A DNA stretch of 64,000 nt from Escherichia coli (GTDB lineage: Bacteria > Pseudomonadota > Gammaproteobacteria > Enterobacterales > Enterobacteriaceae). Every line of letters starts with the position of its first letter. Position 1 is the stretch's first letter. A program made the translations under genes and the position numbers. The stretch is taken from NCBI RefSeq assembly GCF_024502345.1, contig NZ_JALDNN010000001.1; one strand, 5' to 3'. Positions 11,745 to 22,927 of the stretch are shown piece by piece. Under the pieces are notes generated by a model, which was given only the letters and a program-made list of their open reading frames with translations, was not told the origin of the DNA and ran no database searches.

Positions 11745-13430
11745 ATGTACGATTTTAATCTAGTGTTGCTGCTGCTTCAGCAGATGTGCGTTTTTTTAGT
11801 CATTGCATGGTTAATGAGTAAAACGCCATTATTCATACCGTTAATGCAGGTCACGGTTCGTCTGCCGCATAAATTTCTCTGCTACATCGTCTTTTCCATC
11901 TTCTGCATCATGGGCACCTGGTTTGGGTTGCACATTGACGATTCTATTGCCAATACCCGTGCGATAGGCGCGGTAATGGGCGGCTTACTCGGCGGTCCGG
12001 TCGTCGGTGGGCTGGTTGGCCTGACCGGCGGGTTACATCGATATTCGATGGGGGGCATGACCGCGCTAAGTTGCATGATCTCGACCATCGTTGAAGGATT
12101 GCTCGGCGGCCTGGTACACAGCATCCTGATCCGTCGCGGGCGCACTGATAAAGTCTTTAACCCCATTACCGCCGGTGCCGTCACGTTCGTCGCTGAAATG
12201 GTGCAAATGTTGATCATCCTGGCGATCGCCCGACCTTATGAAGATGCGGTGCGTCTGGTGAGTAATATTGCTGCGCCAATGATGGTCACCAATACCGTCG
12301 GCGCGGCGCTGTTTATGCGTATATTGCTCGATAAACGCGCGATGTTTGAAAAATACACTTCGGCTTTTTCTGCCACTGCGCTGAAAGTGGCTGCCTCGAC
12401 GGAAGGCATTTTGCGCCAGGGGTTTAACGAAGTGAACAGCATGAAAGTGGCACAGGTGCTGTATCAGGAGCTGGATATTGGTGCAGTCGCGATTACCGAT
12501 CGAGAGAAATTGCTGGCCTTTACCGGAATTGGTGACGACCACCATTTACCCGGCAAACCGATATCTTCGACTTACACCTTAAAAGCGATTGAAACCGGTG
12601 AAGTGGTCTACGCTGATGGCAACGAAGTACCTTATCGTTGCTCTTTGCATCCGCAATGCAAACTGGGGTCGACGCTGGTAATTCCGTTGCGTGGTGAAAA
12701 TCAGCGGGTGATGGGCACCATCAAATTGTATGAAGCCAAAAACCGTTTATTCAGTTCAATCAACCGCACGCTGGGCGAGGGGATTGCGCAACTGCTTTCG
12801 GCGCAGATCCTCGCCGGGCAATATGAGCGGCAAAAAGCGATGCTCACCCAGTCAGAGATCAAACTGCTTCACGCCCAGGTGAACCCCCATTTTTTGTTTA
12901 ATGCGCTTAACACCATTAAAGCGGTGATCCGTCGCGACAGCGAACAGGCCAGCCAGCTGGTGCAGTATCTTTCCACTTTTTTCCGCAAAAACTTAAAGCG
13001 GCCTTCGGAGTTTGTTACTCTCGCCGACGAAATTGAACATGTGAACGCTTATCTGCAAATTGAAAAGGCGCGCTTCCAGTCGCGGTTGCAGGTCAACATT
13101 GCTATTCCGCAAGAATTATCCCAGCAGCAATTGCCCGCGTTTACCCTGCAACCGATAGTGGAAAACGCCATTAAACATGGGACATCACAACTGCTGGATA
13201 CAGGGCGAGTGGCAATCAGCGCCCGACGTGAGGGGCAACATTTGATGCTGGAGATCGAAGACAATGCCGGTTTGTATCAACCGGTAACCAATGCCAGTGG
13301 GCTGGGGATGAATCTGGTGGATAAGCGTTTACGTGAACGGTTTGGCGATGACTATGGGATAAGCGTCGCCTGTGAGCCTGATAGTTACACCCGAATAACC
13401 TTACGACTACCATGGAGGGACGAGGCATGA
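11745..13430 (+). CDS. btsS: LytS-type sensor histidine kinase (pyruvate sensing)
   Basis: N-terminal membrane domain plus GAF and histidine-kinase region; start trimmed to MYDFNLVLL; adjacent to LytTR regulator. Confidence 0.85.
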   Translation: MYDFNLVLLLLQQMCVFLVIAWLMSKTPLFIPLMQVTVRLPHKFLCYIVFSIFCIMGTWFGLHIDDSIANTRAIGAVMGGLLGGPVVGGLVGLTGGLHRYSMGGMTALSCMISTIVEGLLGGLVHSILIRRGRTDKVFNPITAGAVTFVAEMVQMLIILAIARPYEDAVRLVSNIAAPMMVTNTVGAALFMRILLDKRAMFEKYTSAFSATALKVAASTEGILRQGFNEVNSMKVAQVLYQELDIGAVAITDREKLLAFTGIGDDHHLPGKPISSTYTLKAIETGEVVYADGNEVPYRCSLHPQCKLGSTLVIPLRGENQRVMGTIKLYEAKNRLFSSINRTLGEGIAQLLSAQILAGQYERQKAMLTQSEIKLLHAQVNPHFLFNALNTIKAVIRRDSEQASQLVQYLSTFFRKNLKRPSEFVTLADEIEHVNAYLQIEKARFQSRLQVNIAIPQELSQQQLPAFTLQPIVENAIKHGTSQLLDTGRVAISARREGQHLMLEIEDNAGLYQPVTNASGLGMNLVDKRLRERFGDDYGISVACEPDSYTRITLRLPWRDEA

Positions 13431-14146
13431 TTAAAGTCTTAATTGTCGATGATGAACCGTTAGCACGGGAGAACCTGCGCGTATTTTTGCAGGAGCAGAG
13501 CGATATTGAAATCGTTGGTGAGTGTTCAAACACCGTGGAAGGGATCGGCGCGGTGCATAAACTGCGCCCGGATGTGCTGTTTCTCGATATCCAGATGCCG
13601 CGCATCAGTGGTCTGGAAATGGTGGGGATGCTCGACCCGGAACATCGTCCGTATATTGTTTTTCTCACCGCGTTTGACGAATACGCCATTAAAGCCTTTG
13701 AAGAACACGCCTTTGATTATCTGCTGAAGCCAATTGATGAAGCGCGACTGGAGAAAACGCTGGCGCGTTTGCGGCAGGAACGCAGCAAGCAGGATGTTTC
13801 GCTGTTACCAGAAAATCAACAGGCGCTGAAATTTATCCCTTGTACTGGGCATAGTCGGATTTATTTGCTGCAAATGAAAGATGTGGCATTTGTCAGCAGT
13901 CGGATGAGCGGTGTCTACGTTACCAGCCACGAAGGGAAAGAGGGCTTTACCGAATTGACATTACGTACCCTGGAAAGTCGTACACCACTACTGCGCTGCC
14001 ATCGTCAGTATCTGGTTAACCTCGCGCATTTACAGGAGATTCGTCTGGAAGATAACGGCCAGGCCGAGTTGATTTTGCGTAATGGCTTAACCGTGCCGGT
14101 CAGCCGCCGTTATCTGAAAAGCTTAAAAGAGGCGATTGGCCTGTAA
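13427..14146 (+). CDS. btsR: LytTR-family response regulator
   Basis: Receiver domain ([16 protein letters not shown]...) plus LytTR C-terminus; overlaps btsS stop. Confidence 0.85.
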   Translation: MIKVLIVDDEPLARENLRVFLQEQSDIEIVGECSNTVEGIGAVHKLRPDVLFLDIQMPRISGLEMVGMLDPEHRPYIVFLTAFDEYAIKAFEEHAFDYLLKPIDEARLEKTLARLRQERSKQDVSLLPENQQALKFIPCTGHSRIYLLQMKDVAFVSSRMSGVYVTSHEGKEGFTELTLRTLESRTPLLRCHRQYLVNLAHLQEIRLEDNGQAELILRNGLTVPVSRRYLKSLKEAIGL

Positions 14147-14192
14147 AAGACTGCTAAAATGGCTTTTTGCCTCATCAACACCTGAAGGCCTC

Positions 14193-14663
14193 ATGCTAAG
14201 TAACGATATTCTGCGCAGCGTGCGCTACATTTTGAAAGCCAATAATAATGACCTGGTGCGTATTCTGGCGCTGGGTAATGTCGAAGCCACCGCGGAACAG
14301 ATCGCCGTCTGGCTACGTAAAGAAGACGAAGAGGGTTTTCAGCGTTGTCCGGACATTGTTTTGTCGTCATTCCTCAATGGCCTGATTTATGAAAAACGCG
14401 GCAAGGATGAGTCTGCTCCGGCACTGGAGCCGGAACGTCGCATTAATAACAACATCGTGCTAAAAAAATTACGCATCGCGTTTTCGCTGAAAACCGATGA
14501 CATTCTGGCGATCCTCACCGAACAGCAGTTCCGCGTTTCGATGCCGGAAATTACGGCGATGATGCGTGCACCGGATCATAAAAACTTCCGCGAATGCGGC
14601 GATCAATTTTTACGTTATTTTCTGCGTGGACTGGCAGCGCGCCAGCATGTGAAGAAAAGCTAA
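14193..14663 (+). CDS. yehS: DUF1456 protein YehS
   Basis: ORF 14136..14663; likely start MLSNDILRSV; synteny. Confidence 0.7.
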   Translation: MLSNDILRSVRYILKANNNDLVRILALGNVEATAEQIAVWLRKEDEEGFQRCPDIVLSSFLNGLIYEKRGKDESAPALEPERRINNNIVLKKLRIAFSLKTDDILAILTEQQFRVSMPEITAMMRAPDHKNFRECGDQFLRYFLRGLAARQHVKKS

Positions 14664-14672
14664 GACGGGTAT

Positions 14673-14697
14673 GGCGGCCATGCGAAACATGGCCGCC
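14673..14697. terminator. bidirectional hairpin between convergent yehS and yehR
   Basis: ggcggccatgcgaaacatggccgcc perfect inverted repeat. Confidence 0.6.
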
Positions 14698-14703
14698 GAC
14701 AGA

Positions 14704-15165
14704 TTATTTCACTTCTTTAAAACCAGCGGCTTTCATCACCAGTTCCATTTGCGCCATAGTGATACCTTTTTTGGCATCTTCAGCAGAAACGTTGATTCCT
14801 GAAATACCCTGCAGGGCTTTAAAATCCACTTTTTCCATATCGATAGTCACGTTTTCCTGCGCGTAGGTATCGGTATAGGTTAATTTTTCTTCAACACCCG
14901 CGATGTTTTTGTATTTGGCGCTTAACGGCTCAAGTGTCTTGGCAGCGTCTTCTTTGGTGGTTGCACCAATAGAGGCAAATTGAATTTTGGTTTCTGAAGA
15001 TTGCTTAAGCACCTTGTCACCTTTGTAGACATAGGTAATGGCAATTTCAGTGCCGTTCAGATTGGCGCTGAATTTCTTCGATTCTTCTTTGTCACCGCAG
15101 CCAGCAAGAGAGAAAACCAGAACAGATGCAACAACAAGGGAAAACAGCTTATTGAAAGCCTTCAT
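14704..15165 (-). CDS. yehR: lipoprotein YehR
   Basis: Signal peptide with lipobox LAGC; start trimmed to MKAFNKLFSL. Confidence 0.8.
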   Translation of the reverse strand: MKAFNKLFSLVVASVLVFSLAGCGDKEESKKFSANLNGTEIAITYVYKGDKVLKQSSETKIQFASIGATTKEDAAKTLEPLSAKYKNIAGVEEKLTYTDTYAQENVTIDMEKVDFKALQGISGINVSAEDAKKGITMAQMELVMKAAGFKEVK

Positions 15166-15289
15166 GTAAAACTCCATTTTATTTAATCAAGGAACTGGTG
15201 ACTCTCACCAGGGGCTATATAGGATATGCCTAATACCGTGGTGTGAGCAGTCCGGAACTGGAGTAGAACTCTTAGTAAAAAGCACTATT

Positions 15290-17293
15290 TCATCCTTGTT
15301 GCTGAAGCATGGGGAATAATTGTTCGCACAGCAAAACGCAGTTATTCATTGCTTCTACCCGTGCCTCGCTTTCTGTATTACGAAATTGTCCCAATACATG
15401 TGCCAGCCGATAAAAAACCACCGCGGTGAGGTCATTCGCCAGCAACTCTGCCTGACCAATAGCACTCTGTTCCTGATAGCGCCAGCCGTTATGGAGCAGT
15501 TGAATAAGTAATGCCTGGCAGCGCATCAGCAACTGATGAGCAGTAGACGGCACAGGCAGAACGCTGACAGAAGGTAGTGATGCCACCACAGGCGCAGTTT
15601 CTGCGTCCAGCGCCCAGGCACGAGTCTTTGTCATCATTACCTGTGGTTCCAGTGTCAATTGCCCATCAACAAAACTGACAAAGCCAGAAACCAGACACAC
15701 GGGGTCGTCTGTTTGTTGCAAAAGCGCCGCCATGCGTTCAATGGCATAAGGCGCGCTGGCTGAGGCTGGCAGTGATAACGTCAGCAGATTATCTTCACCT
15801 TCGCCGCTGATTACCTGCGCATCCAGCGTCTGGCGGCTGCTATCCCAACCGAGCGAAATACACTCAGCGACCGGCAGAATAAATAAGTTATCGACCTGAT
15901 TAAGAGGCCGTATGCAGGAGGGGGGACGCTGGCGTAAATATTCCCGCAAAGCCACAATGCCCGGCTGGCGTAACGGCGCGCTCAACATTTGCCAGGCATC
16001 AGGCGACAGCGGCACAACGCTGCTTAAGCGGTTGCGGGTAGCTAACAGCAGCTCGCCATCGGCACTGCGTTTTGCTGCTTGTGAAACAATTTGCCCACCC
16101 GCCAGTGCGCCAGCCTGAAAACTAAACAGCCGACGCGTAGCTGCCGGTGAGTTTTCCTGTTCACTTCGCGGCCAACTGCGCGAAAGGTGCAAAATACTGC
16201 CGGTGTCGGGATCGGTAAACCAGATGCGTAAACCATAATGCTCAATATCCTGCCAGCAACGCATACCTAAAGACACCAGCCGCAGATGATCAAGCTTTGC
16301 TTCTCCGGCAATGCCAGAGCCAACGACCGTGCGCCACGGCACAGGAGGAACTTCACCAACACTGTCGCGCCGCGCCATCTCTTGTGCGCAATTTAATCGA
16401 CTGTTTAATGCCGCAAGCTGACGTAAGCATTCTCCGGCATGATAGTGGCTGGCGCGGGCGTGGAAGGCATCAACGCTGGCGCGCAGTTGCCGTAGCGATT
16501 CACTCACCCATCGCCAGTTGCAGCGTTCCGCTGCTTGCTGCGCGCGGCTGAAAGCGGCCTCGTAGTGAATAAGCGGCTGGCTGATGCCGCCCAGCCATAA
16601 TGCCTGGCTTAGTTGCTGAACATATTGACGACACGTTTTGCCTTCTTCGCTGGCAAACAGATCGTCAGATGATGTGACGTGTTCGCTGCGCATCTGCCAG
16701 ATTAAATGAGTCAATTCCGGTTGCTGCGCTTTTGCCTGGACAAAGGCCTGTACTGCCAGTACGACATGTTCGCAAAGTGTGCCTTCAATACAATCACAAC
16801 GGGCGAAACGAATGCTGCTACGGGAATAAAAACGCACATCGCTCATCGGTAAGCGGGCAGAGGGAATTTCGCCCGGCGTACAGAACAACTCAATGGTGAT
16901 GCCTTTAGCGACCAGCGCCTGCGCGCGTTTGCGGGTGGCATCGGGCAGGGTAGCCAGTTCTTCCAGCCAGATTGCCGGATCCCACTCTTCTTCTTTTTCT
17001 GTGGGCTGGACGGTGGCACAAAGTCGTTGATAACTTAACACCAGCATCACGCGATGACGGCACATGCCGCTGGCCCCGCAGCTGCACTGAGCCTCTTTCA
17101 GTGCCTGGCCGTTCGCCAGCTGGGTACGGACACCGTCACTGAAGGTGGCGATTAAAGCGCCGTTCTCATGGCTGATCTCCGGGACGTTGCCATTTTCCAG
17201 TTCCTTAAGACTGCGCTTAACAAAACCGGCATTGCTTAACGCTGTCAGGGCCTGCGGTGTCAGTTCTAATAATTCCGGACGTAGTGAATTCAT
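15290..17293 (-). CDS. yehQ: SWIM zinc-finger protein YehQ
   Basis: Large ORF with CxC...CxH SWIM-like motif (AQCSCGASGMCRHRV); ATG overlaps yehP stop in ATGA arrangement. Confidence 0.75.
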   Translation of the reverse strand: MNSLRPELLELTPQALTALSNAGFVKRSLKELENGNVPEISHENGALIATFSDGVRTQLANGQALKEAQCSCGASGMCRHRVMLVLSYQRLCATVQPTEKEEEWDPAIWLEELATLPDATRKRAQALVAKGITIELFCTPGEIPSARLPMSDVRFYSRSSIRFARCDCIEGTLCEHVVLAVQAFVQAKAQQPELTHLIWQMRSEHVTSSDDLFASEEGKTCRQYVQQLSQALWLGGISQPLIHYEAAFSRAQQAAERCNWRWVSESLRQLRASVDAFHARASHYHAGECLRQLAALNSRLNCAQEMARRDSVGEVPPVPWRTVVGSGIAGEAKLDHLRLVSLGMRCWQDIEHYGLRIWFTDPDTGSILHLSRSWPRSEQENSPAATRRLFSFQAGALAGGQIVSQAAKRSADGELLLATRNRLSSVVPLSPDAWQMLSAPLRQPGIVALREYLRQRPPSCIRPLNQVDNLFILPVAECISLGWDSSRQTLDAQVISGEGEDNLLTLSLPASASAPYAIERMAALLQQTDDPVCLVSGFVSFVDGQLTLEPQVMMTKTRAWALDAETAPVVASLPSVSVLPVPSTAHQLLMRCQALLIQLLHNGWRYQEQSAIGQAELLANDLTAVVFYRLAHVLGQFRNTESEARVEAMNNCVLLCEQLFPMLQQQG

Positions 17294-18426
17294 GACTGAA
17301 GATTCTCCGCAAGCCATGATGCCAGTTCGCCCGGTGTCATGGCGGCTATTTGTGCGCCGACATTAACCAGCGCCTGGGCCGTATCGCGGTCATAGCAAGG
17401 CGTTGCTGTGCTATCGAGCGCCGCCAGTCCCAGCACTTTGATGCCGCTCTGGACACACTTTTTCACCTGATGCGTCAGCAATGATGATGAACCCCCTTCG
17501 TAAAAATCGCTCACGAGGATAATGACGCTTTTTGCTGGTTGTTCAATAAGTTGCCGACCATATTCCACGGCACTGGCGATATTGGTCCCGCCGCCCAACT
17601 GTACTTTCATTAATAACTCTACCGGATCGGCAACGTCTGCCGTGAGATCAACGACGCTTGTGTCAAACGCCACCAGATGGGTACGAATGCCGGGTAACTG
17701 CCACAAACAGGCCGCCATCACCGCAGAGTGGATCACCGAGTCCACCATCGATCCGCTTTGATCAACCAGTAAGACCAGTTGCCATTGTTCACTGTGGCGT
17801 TTAATGCGGCTGTTAAAGCGGGGGGATTCGATATACAACTTGCCGTGTTGCGGGTGCCAGTGTTGCAGGTTGGCGCGCAGAGTACTTTTGAAATCAAAGT
17901 TTCGCGCCAGTGGAATAAATGAGCGGCGACGGCGATCGCGGACACCAGAAAAAGCCTGACGAACTTCCTTTGCCAGTCGAGCCATAATTTCTTCAACAAC
18001 CTGGCGCACTATCCGGCGGGCGGCAGCCAGTACTTCGGGGTTCATCAGATGTTTGGTGTGCAAAACGGCGCGTAGCAGACTTTCAGAAGGCTGCATACGT
18101 TCCAGCACGTCGAGATTCGTCACCACATCTTCAATGCCGTAGCGCAGTACGGCATCGCTTTCCAGCCGCTCAATCACCTGTTGCGGAAACAGCGTGTGAA
18201 TACTGTTGATCCACTCAGGGGTGGTGAGATTTGAGCTACCTAATCCACCGGAACGTTCACCACGCTGGAGCCGTTCAGGATCGCGCCCATACAGCCACTC
18301 CAGCGCGTGGTCTATCTGCCGGGCGTTGTCATCCAGCCCACAAAGCGTCGTTTCTGCCGCTTCGCCAAGAATTAATCGCCAGCGTTGTAGCTCACGGGTG
18401 GTCAGAAGATCGTTCAGTTCAGACAT
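17290..18426 (-). CDS. yehP: von Willebrand factor A domain protein YehP
   Basis: vWA/MIDAS-like motif LVLLVDQSGSM; start trimmed to MSELNDLLTT (378 aa). Confidence 0.8.
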   Translation of the reverse strand: MSELNDLLTTRELQRWRLILGEAAETTLCGLDDNARQIDHALEWLYGRDPERLQRGERSGGLGSSNLTTPEWINSIHTLFPQQVIERLESDAVLRYGIEDVVTNLDVLERMQPSESLLRAVLHTKHLMNPEVLAAARRIVRQVVEEIMARLAKEVRQAFSGVRDRRRRSFIPLARNFDFKSTLRANLQHWHPQHGKLYIESPRFNSRIKRHSEQWQLVLLVDQSGSMVDSVIHSAVMAACLWQLPGIRTHLVAFDTSVVDLTADVADPVELLMKVQLGGGTNIASAVEYGRQLIEQPAKSVIILVSDFYEGGSSSLLTHQVKKCVQSGIKVLGLAALDSTATPCYDRDTAQALVNVGAQIAAMTPGELASWLAENLQS

Positions 18427-20698
18427 GGAAAACTCCCCAGTTTTGCAGCGATGCCAGTGCCTGCTGTTCGAGTTGTTGATGATGTGCAATGGCTTGTGGT
18501 GGACAATGCAACGGCATTTGCAGCGCCGAAACGGGAAGTTGCGCCAGTTGATAATGCTCAAGCACCTGATGCGCCAGCGTCCCGCGTTCTCGTGGTGGTA
18601 GCCAGGCCATCGCCGCGCGTAAATCGGGCAGGGCATTGATAAAATTGGCATCACTCAGTTGATTTAAATGACTGCTGAAACCGGCGATAAATGCCGGCTG
18701 ACAGGCCAGTTGATGGCGGGCCAGCGCCAGCAAACCGTGCAGCGCTTCGCCGGATTGTGCCGGGGATAACTGCGCCAGCATCGTCAGCGCCGCTTCGGCA
18801 CTAGCGTTGGGATGTTCCAGACGCATCAGTGCGCCAAGAGCCGCGCCGCGATCCAGCGCCGGGGCATGGATTGCCTGACTGCGTCGCTCCAGTAAGGCTA
18901 CCGCCGCAGAAAGAGAAACGCCGGGTAAATTAACGCCGCTATATAGATCGCGCAGGATATGGCAAAGCGCCTGCCAGCTATGCATGTGAGCGTGAAACTC
19001 CTTTTCATCTGGTCTGCCGTTAGATTCACACAGCCACAGCGTGCGATCGATAGCCGCGCATAACGTCGTTTGTAATATCTGCGCGCCTTGCATACCGCTA
19101 ATTTCATCCAGCCGCCATAAGGCATATAGCACTTCCAGCGCCTGGCCCATTTCGGCAAATTGATTTTCCTGGGCGATTAATAATGTGAGTTGCTCCAGTA
19201 ATTGTTGACTGAAGGACGCCAGACCCGCTAACGCCGCCTGGCTAAGACATGTGGTGATACTGCCGATTCCACCCGCGTCCAGCATATCGGTTTCTAATTT
19301 ATGGCGTGCGGCTTCCTGGAGTGTGGCACCAAAGCAGGCGGCCTCAATCAATGCCGCATGCTGGCTAAGCGGGCGGGTTAATTTCCAGCGTTCTTCACCG
19401 TTGCCTGCAAGTGTCAGTGTGCTTCCCTGCTGGCGTACAATCCCTGGGATCTCCAGTATTGCCAGCCGATGTAACACCTGACTTTGCGCTAGTCCATTGG
19501 GGTTAAAGCGATTTAAGGTAAGCTCCGCCGGAAGAGAGATTGCGGTACGTTCCAGTTCGCAGGTGACATCTTTTGGCAGAGGCGGTTGTGGCGTAGAAGG
19601 GGCAAGTTTACCGAATCCGTCACCCGCTAATGTGTCTATCAACGTTAGCAGAATCGGATCGGTATCGGGATGAATAACGCCGCGATAGCTCCATGGCAAC
19701 GGCGCATTCAGGGATTCTTTAATCAGCGAGCCTGCTAAGGCATCCAGCCAGTCAGTGCGTAACGGTAGTGTATGACCGCGCAACTGTGCCAGCGCCATCG
19801 CATGCAGATGAGCGGCAGCCATATCCGCGGTCGAAGCAGGCAAGTGGTGTTGGCGCAAACGGGTAAGAACCGTTTTTAGCAGTTGTTCTCCCGCCTGCTG
19901 TAAGCCCCACTGCCAGCACCAGCTTTGCCAGACCGGGGCAGGCATTCCTGAAAGGTATCCTGCCAGCACATCAAGGCGCTTTTCACTGTAGGGTGTGAGA
20001 TAACAACCTGTAACGGCATCTGCCAGCGAGGGCAATTCTGGCTTGTTAATGTCCTGCGGACATTCGCGCCACATTTTTGCCAGTGCCGGAGCGTGCCAGC
20101 CACCGCAGACGACTAACACGTCGCCATTGTTTTGCTGCATCGCCCATGCAATCCAGCGGGCCATGAAGGCTTCGCGCTGACGATTGAGAGCATCTCCGGG
20201 GGAATCGCCCCGCAGTTGTGCAAAATAGTGCGCCAGCGCAGAGGGTAATGCAGTTTGCTGGCTTTCATCTTCGAATAAGTGATCCCACAGGGTATCGCTG
20301 TTATCCATGCGGGTGGCACGCAGCAGTAAGGTCTGGCTTTCATCTTGCGTATCAGGCGAATCGTTCTCTTCTTCACTCTGCGCCCAGCAAGGCAAATCGA
20401 TGAAGTAAGTTTATGCCTGAATACGACGTGCGGCTTGTAGCGCCTGCCACTCCGGCGAAAATTCAGCAAATGGCGTCCAGGCACCACGCCCGGGGGCCGC
20501 ACCGTCCTGATACTGGCAATAACTGTAAATAGCTACCGGAAGCTGGTGGGCTAAAAACAGTTCGTCTACCCGGTCATTAAAATCAGCCGGGCCTTCAATC
20601 AACACGTATCGTGGCCGCTGGCTTTCGATTAATGATTTGACCAGCCGGGCGCAGGCCGGGCTATGATGCCGGATGCCGACAATTAACGGCTCGCTCAT
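18419..20698 (-). pseudogene. yehM: yehM interrupted by an in-frame TAA stop at 20411..20413
   Basis: ORFs 20411..20866 and 18419..20395 are in the same frame separated by one TAA; read through they give 759 codons from MSEPLIVGIRHH. Confidence 0.7.
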
Positions 20699-20708
20699 GC
20701 ATCTTTCC

Positions 20709-21797
20709 TCACGGCAGGCGGTGGCGGGCTTGATAATAAGCCTGCCAGTGAGCTTCTTTATGTGTGGCGACACGCTGTTCGAAGTAACGGCGCAGACGAG
20801 CGCGATCTTCTTCGTTATCTTTGACGATGGTTCCGGCAATACAGTCCACCAGATCGGCTGGCTCACCTGCGCGATTCGCTAAAAACCAGGCGCGGACGCC
20901 CACAGCGTGGGCCACGTTCACGGCTTCAGCGGTGGACATAATCGCTGTTAGTGTATCCATTGACGTTTTCTTTTCGCCGTTGGCACGCAGATCGCGGAAG
21001 GTGCGGACCAGTAACTCCAGTACCGCGTCAGGCACTTTATGCGGAATACCGCTATGGGCCAGCAAACGCGCCGAAGCACTGGCGACAAGCTCCAGCTCCT
21101 GGGCGAAATCCATAATCGGAAAGACAGTTTCAAAATCGAAGCGACGCTTTAGCGCAGCACTCATTTCATTGACGCCGCGATCGCGGGTATTGGCAGTGGC
21201 AATAATATTAAAGCCTTCTCGCGCATAGAGCTGACTGGCTTCACCAGTGAGTTCCGGCACCGTCATCACCCTGTCAGAAAGCATACCTAACAGACAGTCT
21301 TGCACTTCCAGCGGTGTACGCGTTATCTCTTCAAAACGGACGATTTTGCCGTCGCGCATTCCCTGGTAAAGCGGGGCAGGGACCAGCGCTTCCGTTGATG
21401 GACCATGATTGATAAGCAGGGCGTAGTTCCAGCCGTACTTGATTTGATCTTCGGTAGTAGATGCGCCGCCCTGGATGGTTAACCCGGCATCGCCGCTAAT
21501 AGAGGTTGCCAGTAATTCAGACAGGAGAGATTTTGCGGTGCCAGGTTCCCCCACCAACATCAAACCGCGTCCGGTGGCAAGAGTGACTAACATACGTTCG
21601 ACAGCGGAGGGACTAATCACCACTTTACGGCTAATATTTTGCGCGCTATCGCCAAGGATAAAAGCACGGGCCGCAGGCAAACTTAACTGCCAACCGGGCG
21701 GGCAAGGTGCGTTATCATTTTGTTTTAATTTTGCCAGTTCATCGGCGTATAACACAGCAGCAGGCGGACGCTGCAGATGATTATTCTGCGGTGACAT
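20709..21797 (-). CDS. yehL: MoxR-like AAA+ ATPase YehL
   Basis: Walker A GEPGTAKS; start trimmed to MSPQNNHLQRP (362 aa). Confidence 0.85.
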   Translation of the reverse strand: MSPQNNHLQRPPAAVLYADELAKLKQNDNAPCPPGWQLSLPAARAFILGDSAQNISRKVVISPSAVERMLVTLATGRGLMLVGEPGTAKSLLSELLATSISGDAGLTIQGGASTTEDQIKYGWNYALLINHGPSTEALVPAPLYQGMRDGKIVRFEEITRTPLEVQDCLLGMLSDRVMTVPELTGEASQLYAREGFNIIATANTRDRGVNEMSAALKRRFDFETVFPIMDFAQELELVASASARLLAHSGIPHKVPDAVLELLVRTFRDLRANGEKKTSMDTLTAIMSTAEAVNVAHAVGVRAWFLANRAGEPADLVDCIAGTIVKDNEEDRARLRRYFEQRVATHKEAHWQAYYQARHRLP

Positions 21798-21904
21798 ATA
21801 TTCATCCCTGAAATGTATTAATGAAATAAACGATATTTTACGCGCAATAAATGTTTGGCGCATTAGTTGTTTGAGCGAAAAATATCTGGAAAGCAGATCA
21901 CAGT

Positions 21905-22000
21905 AAATAAAAAAACCTGCTGGTGAGGCAGGTTCTTTTATTTACTATTTTCAGGCCTAACACCACAGCCTGTGCAACATCGTGTTCCAACGAACGAATT
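21905..22000 (-). ncRNA. orzO: putative Orz-like antitoxin sRNA, copy 1 (ends approximate)
   Basis: Minus-strand intrinsic terminator (stem aacctgc/gcaggtt at 21914..21934 followed by U-run on minus strand); 20-nt region 21972..21991 repeated directly in the zor leader at 22138..22157, as expected for a divergent base-pairing sRNA. Confidence 0.45.
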
Positions 22001-22229
22001 ATAACCACGGCTGGACCCCGTTGCAATTAAGATAATGAGATTTATAATCCTGACTGTTGGGACGTTGCGCCGGATCGAACCTATTTCAAGTCCTGGCTAC
22101 CGGACGGGGGGTGCTGCAGGTAGTGCCCTGATCCGGAGTGCAACATCGTGGTCCAACATACGTAAACCAGTATCGACAGGCAGTGTAAGGGTAAGGTGCT
22201 GGTGTTGCGCTCCTTAATAAGGAGAGCGG

Positions 22230-22319
22230 ATGGACTCGCTGACACAAAAGTTAACCGTGCTCATTGCTGTACTGGAGCTATTAGTGGCTCTGTTACGGTT
22301 GATTGATTTGTTGAAGTAA
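22230..22319 (+). CDS. zorO: type I toxin, 29-aa hydrophobic peptide MDSLTQKLTVLIAVLELLVALLRLIDLLK
   Basis: Hand-translated small ORF with SD aaggagag upstream; matches recalled Zor toxin of E. coli O157; followed by hairpin gggggaaaaccgcttccccc. Confidence 0.75.
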   Translation: MDSLTQKLTVLIAVLELLVALLRLIDLLK

Positions 22320-22511
22320 CGGGCAAATTGAAACGCATCTAAGGGGGAAAACCGCTTCCCCCTTTAATAAAATGATTACTGTTTTTATTAATTCATCATA
22401 TAACTCATTTTTATTTATAAATTCATCGATTTTATATTCAACGCACCATTTGACCGGGATGTGAATATTTATGTTGGGCTATTGGCAAAAAATATCTGGA
22501 AAGTAGATCGC

Positions 22512-22610
22512 AGAAAATAAAAAAACCTGCTGGTGAGGCAGGTTCTTTTATTTACTACAGTGACGCTAACTTGCTGATTGTGCAACATTTCGTACCAACG
22601 AATAAATTAT
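22512..22610 (-). ncRNA. orzP: putative Orz-like antitoxin sRNA, copy 2 (ends approximate)
   Basis: Same terminator hairpin at 22524..22544; region 22580..22600 repeated in the copy-2 leader at 22746..22766. Confidence 0.45.
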
Positions 22611-22837
22611 ATCCATATCCACACTCCATTGCAATTCAGTGAGTGAGATTTATAATCCTGCCCGTTGGGAGGTTGTGCCGGATCGGACCAATTTTAAGTC
22701 CTGGCTGCCGGACGGGTGGTGCCGCAGGCGGTGCCCTGATCCGGAGAGCAACGTTTCGTACCAACATACGTAAACCAGTATCAACAGGCAGTGTAAGGGT
22801 AAGGTGCTGGTGTTGCGCTCCTTAATAAGGAGAGCGG

Positions 22838-22927
22838 ATGGACACGCTGACACAAAAGTTAACCGTGCTCATTGCCGTACTGGAGTTATTAGTGGCTCTG
22901 TTACGGTTGATTGATTTGTTGAAGTAA
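22838..22927 (+). CDS. zorP: type I toxin, 29-aa peptide MDTLTQKLTVLIAVLELLVALLRLIDLLK
   Basis: Second small ORF, one residue different from copy 1 (T3 vs S3); same SD and terminator; O/P naming of the two copies is my guess. Confidence 0.75.
   Translation: MDTLTQKLTVLIAVLELLVALLRLIDLLK

Larger units (their letters stand above)
21877..22366. repeat. tandem duplication unit 1 (zor-orz-like locus)
   Basis: About 490 bp unit nearly identical to 22487..22972 (period about 608 bp); both contain the same hairpin, leader and 29-codon ORF. Confidence 0.85.
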
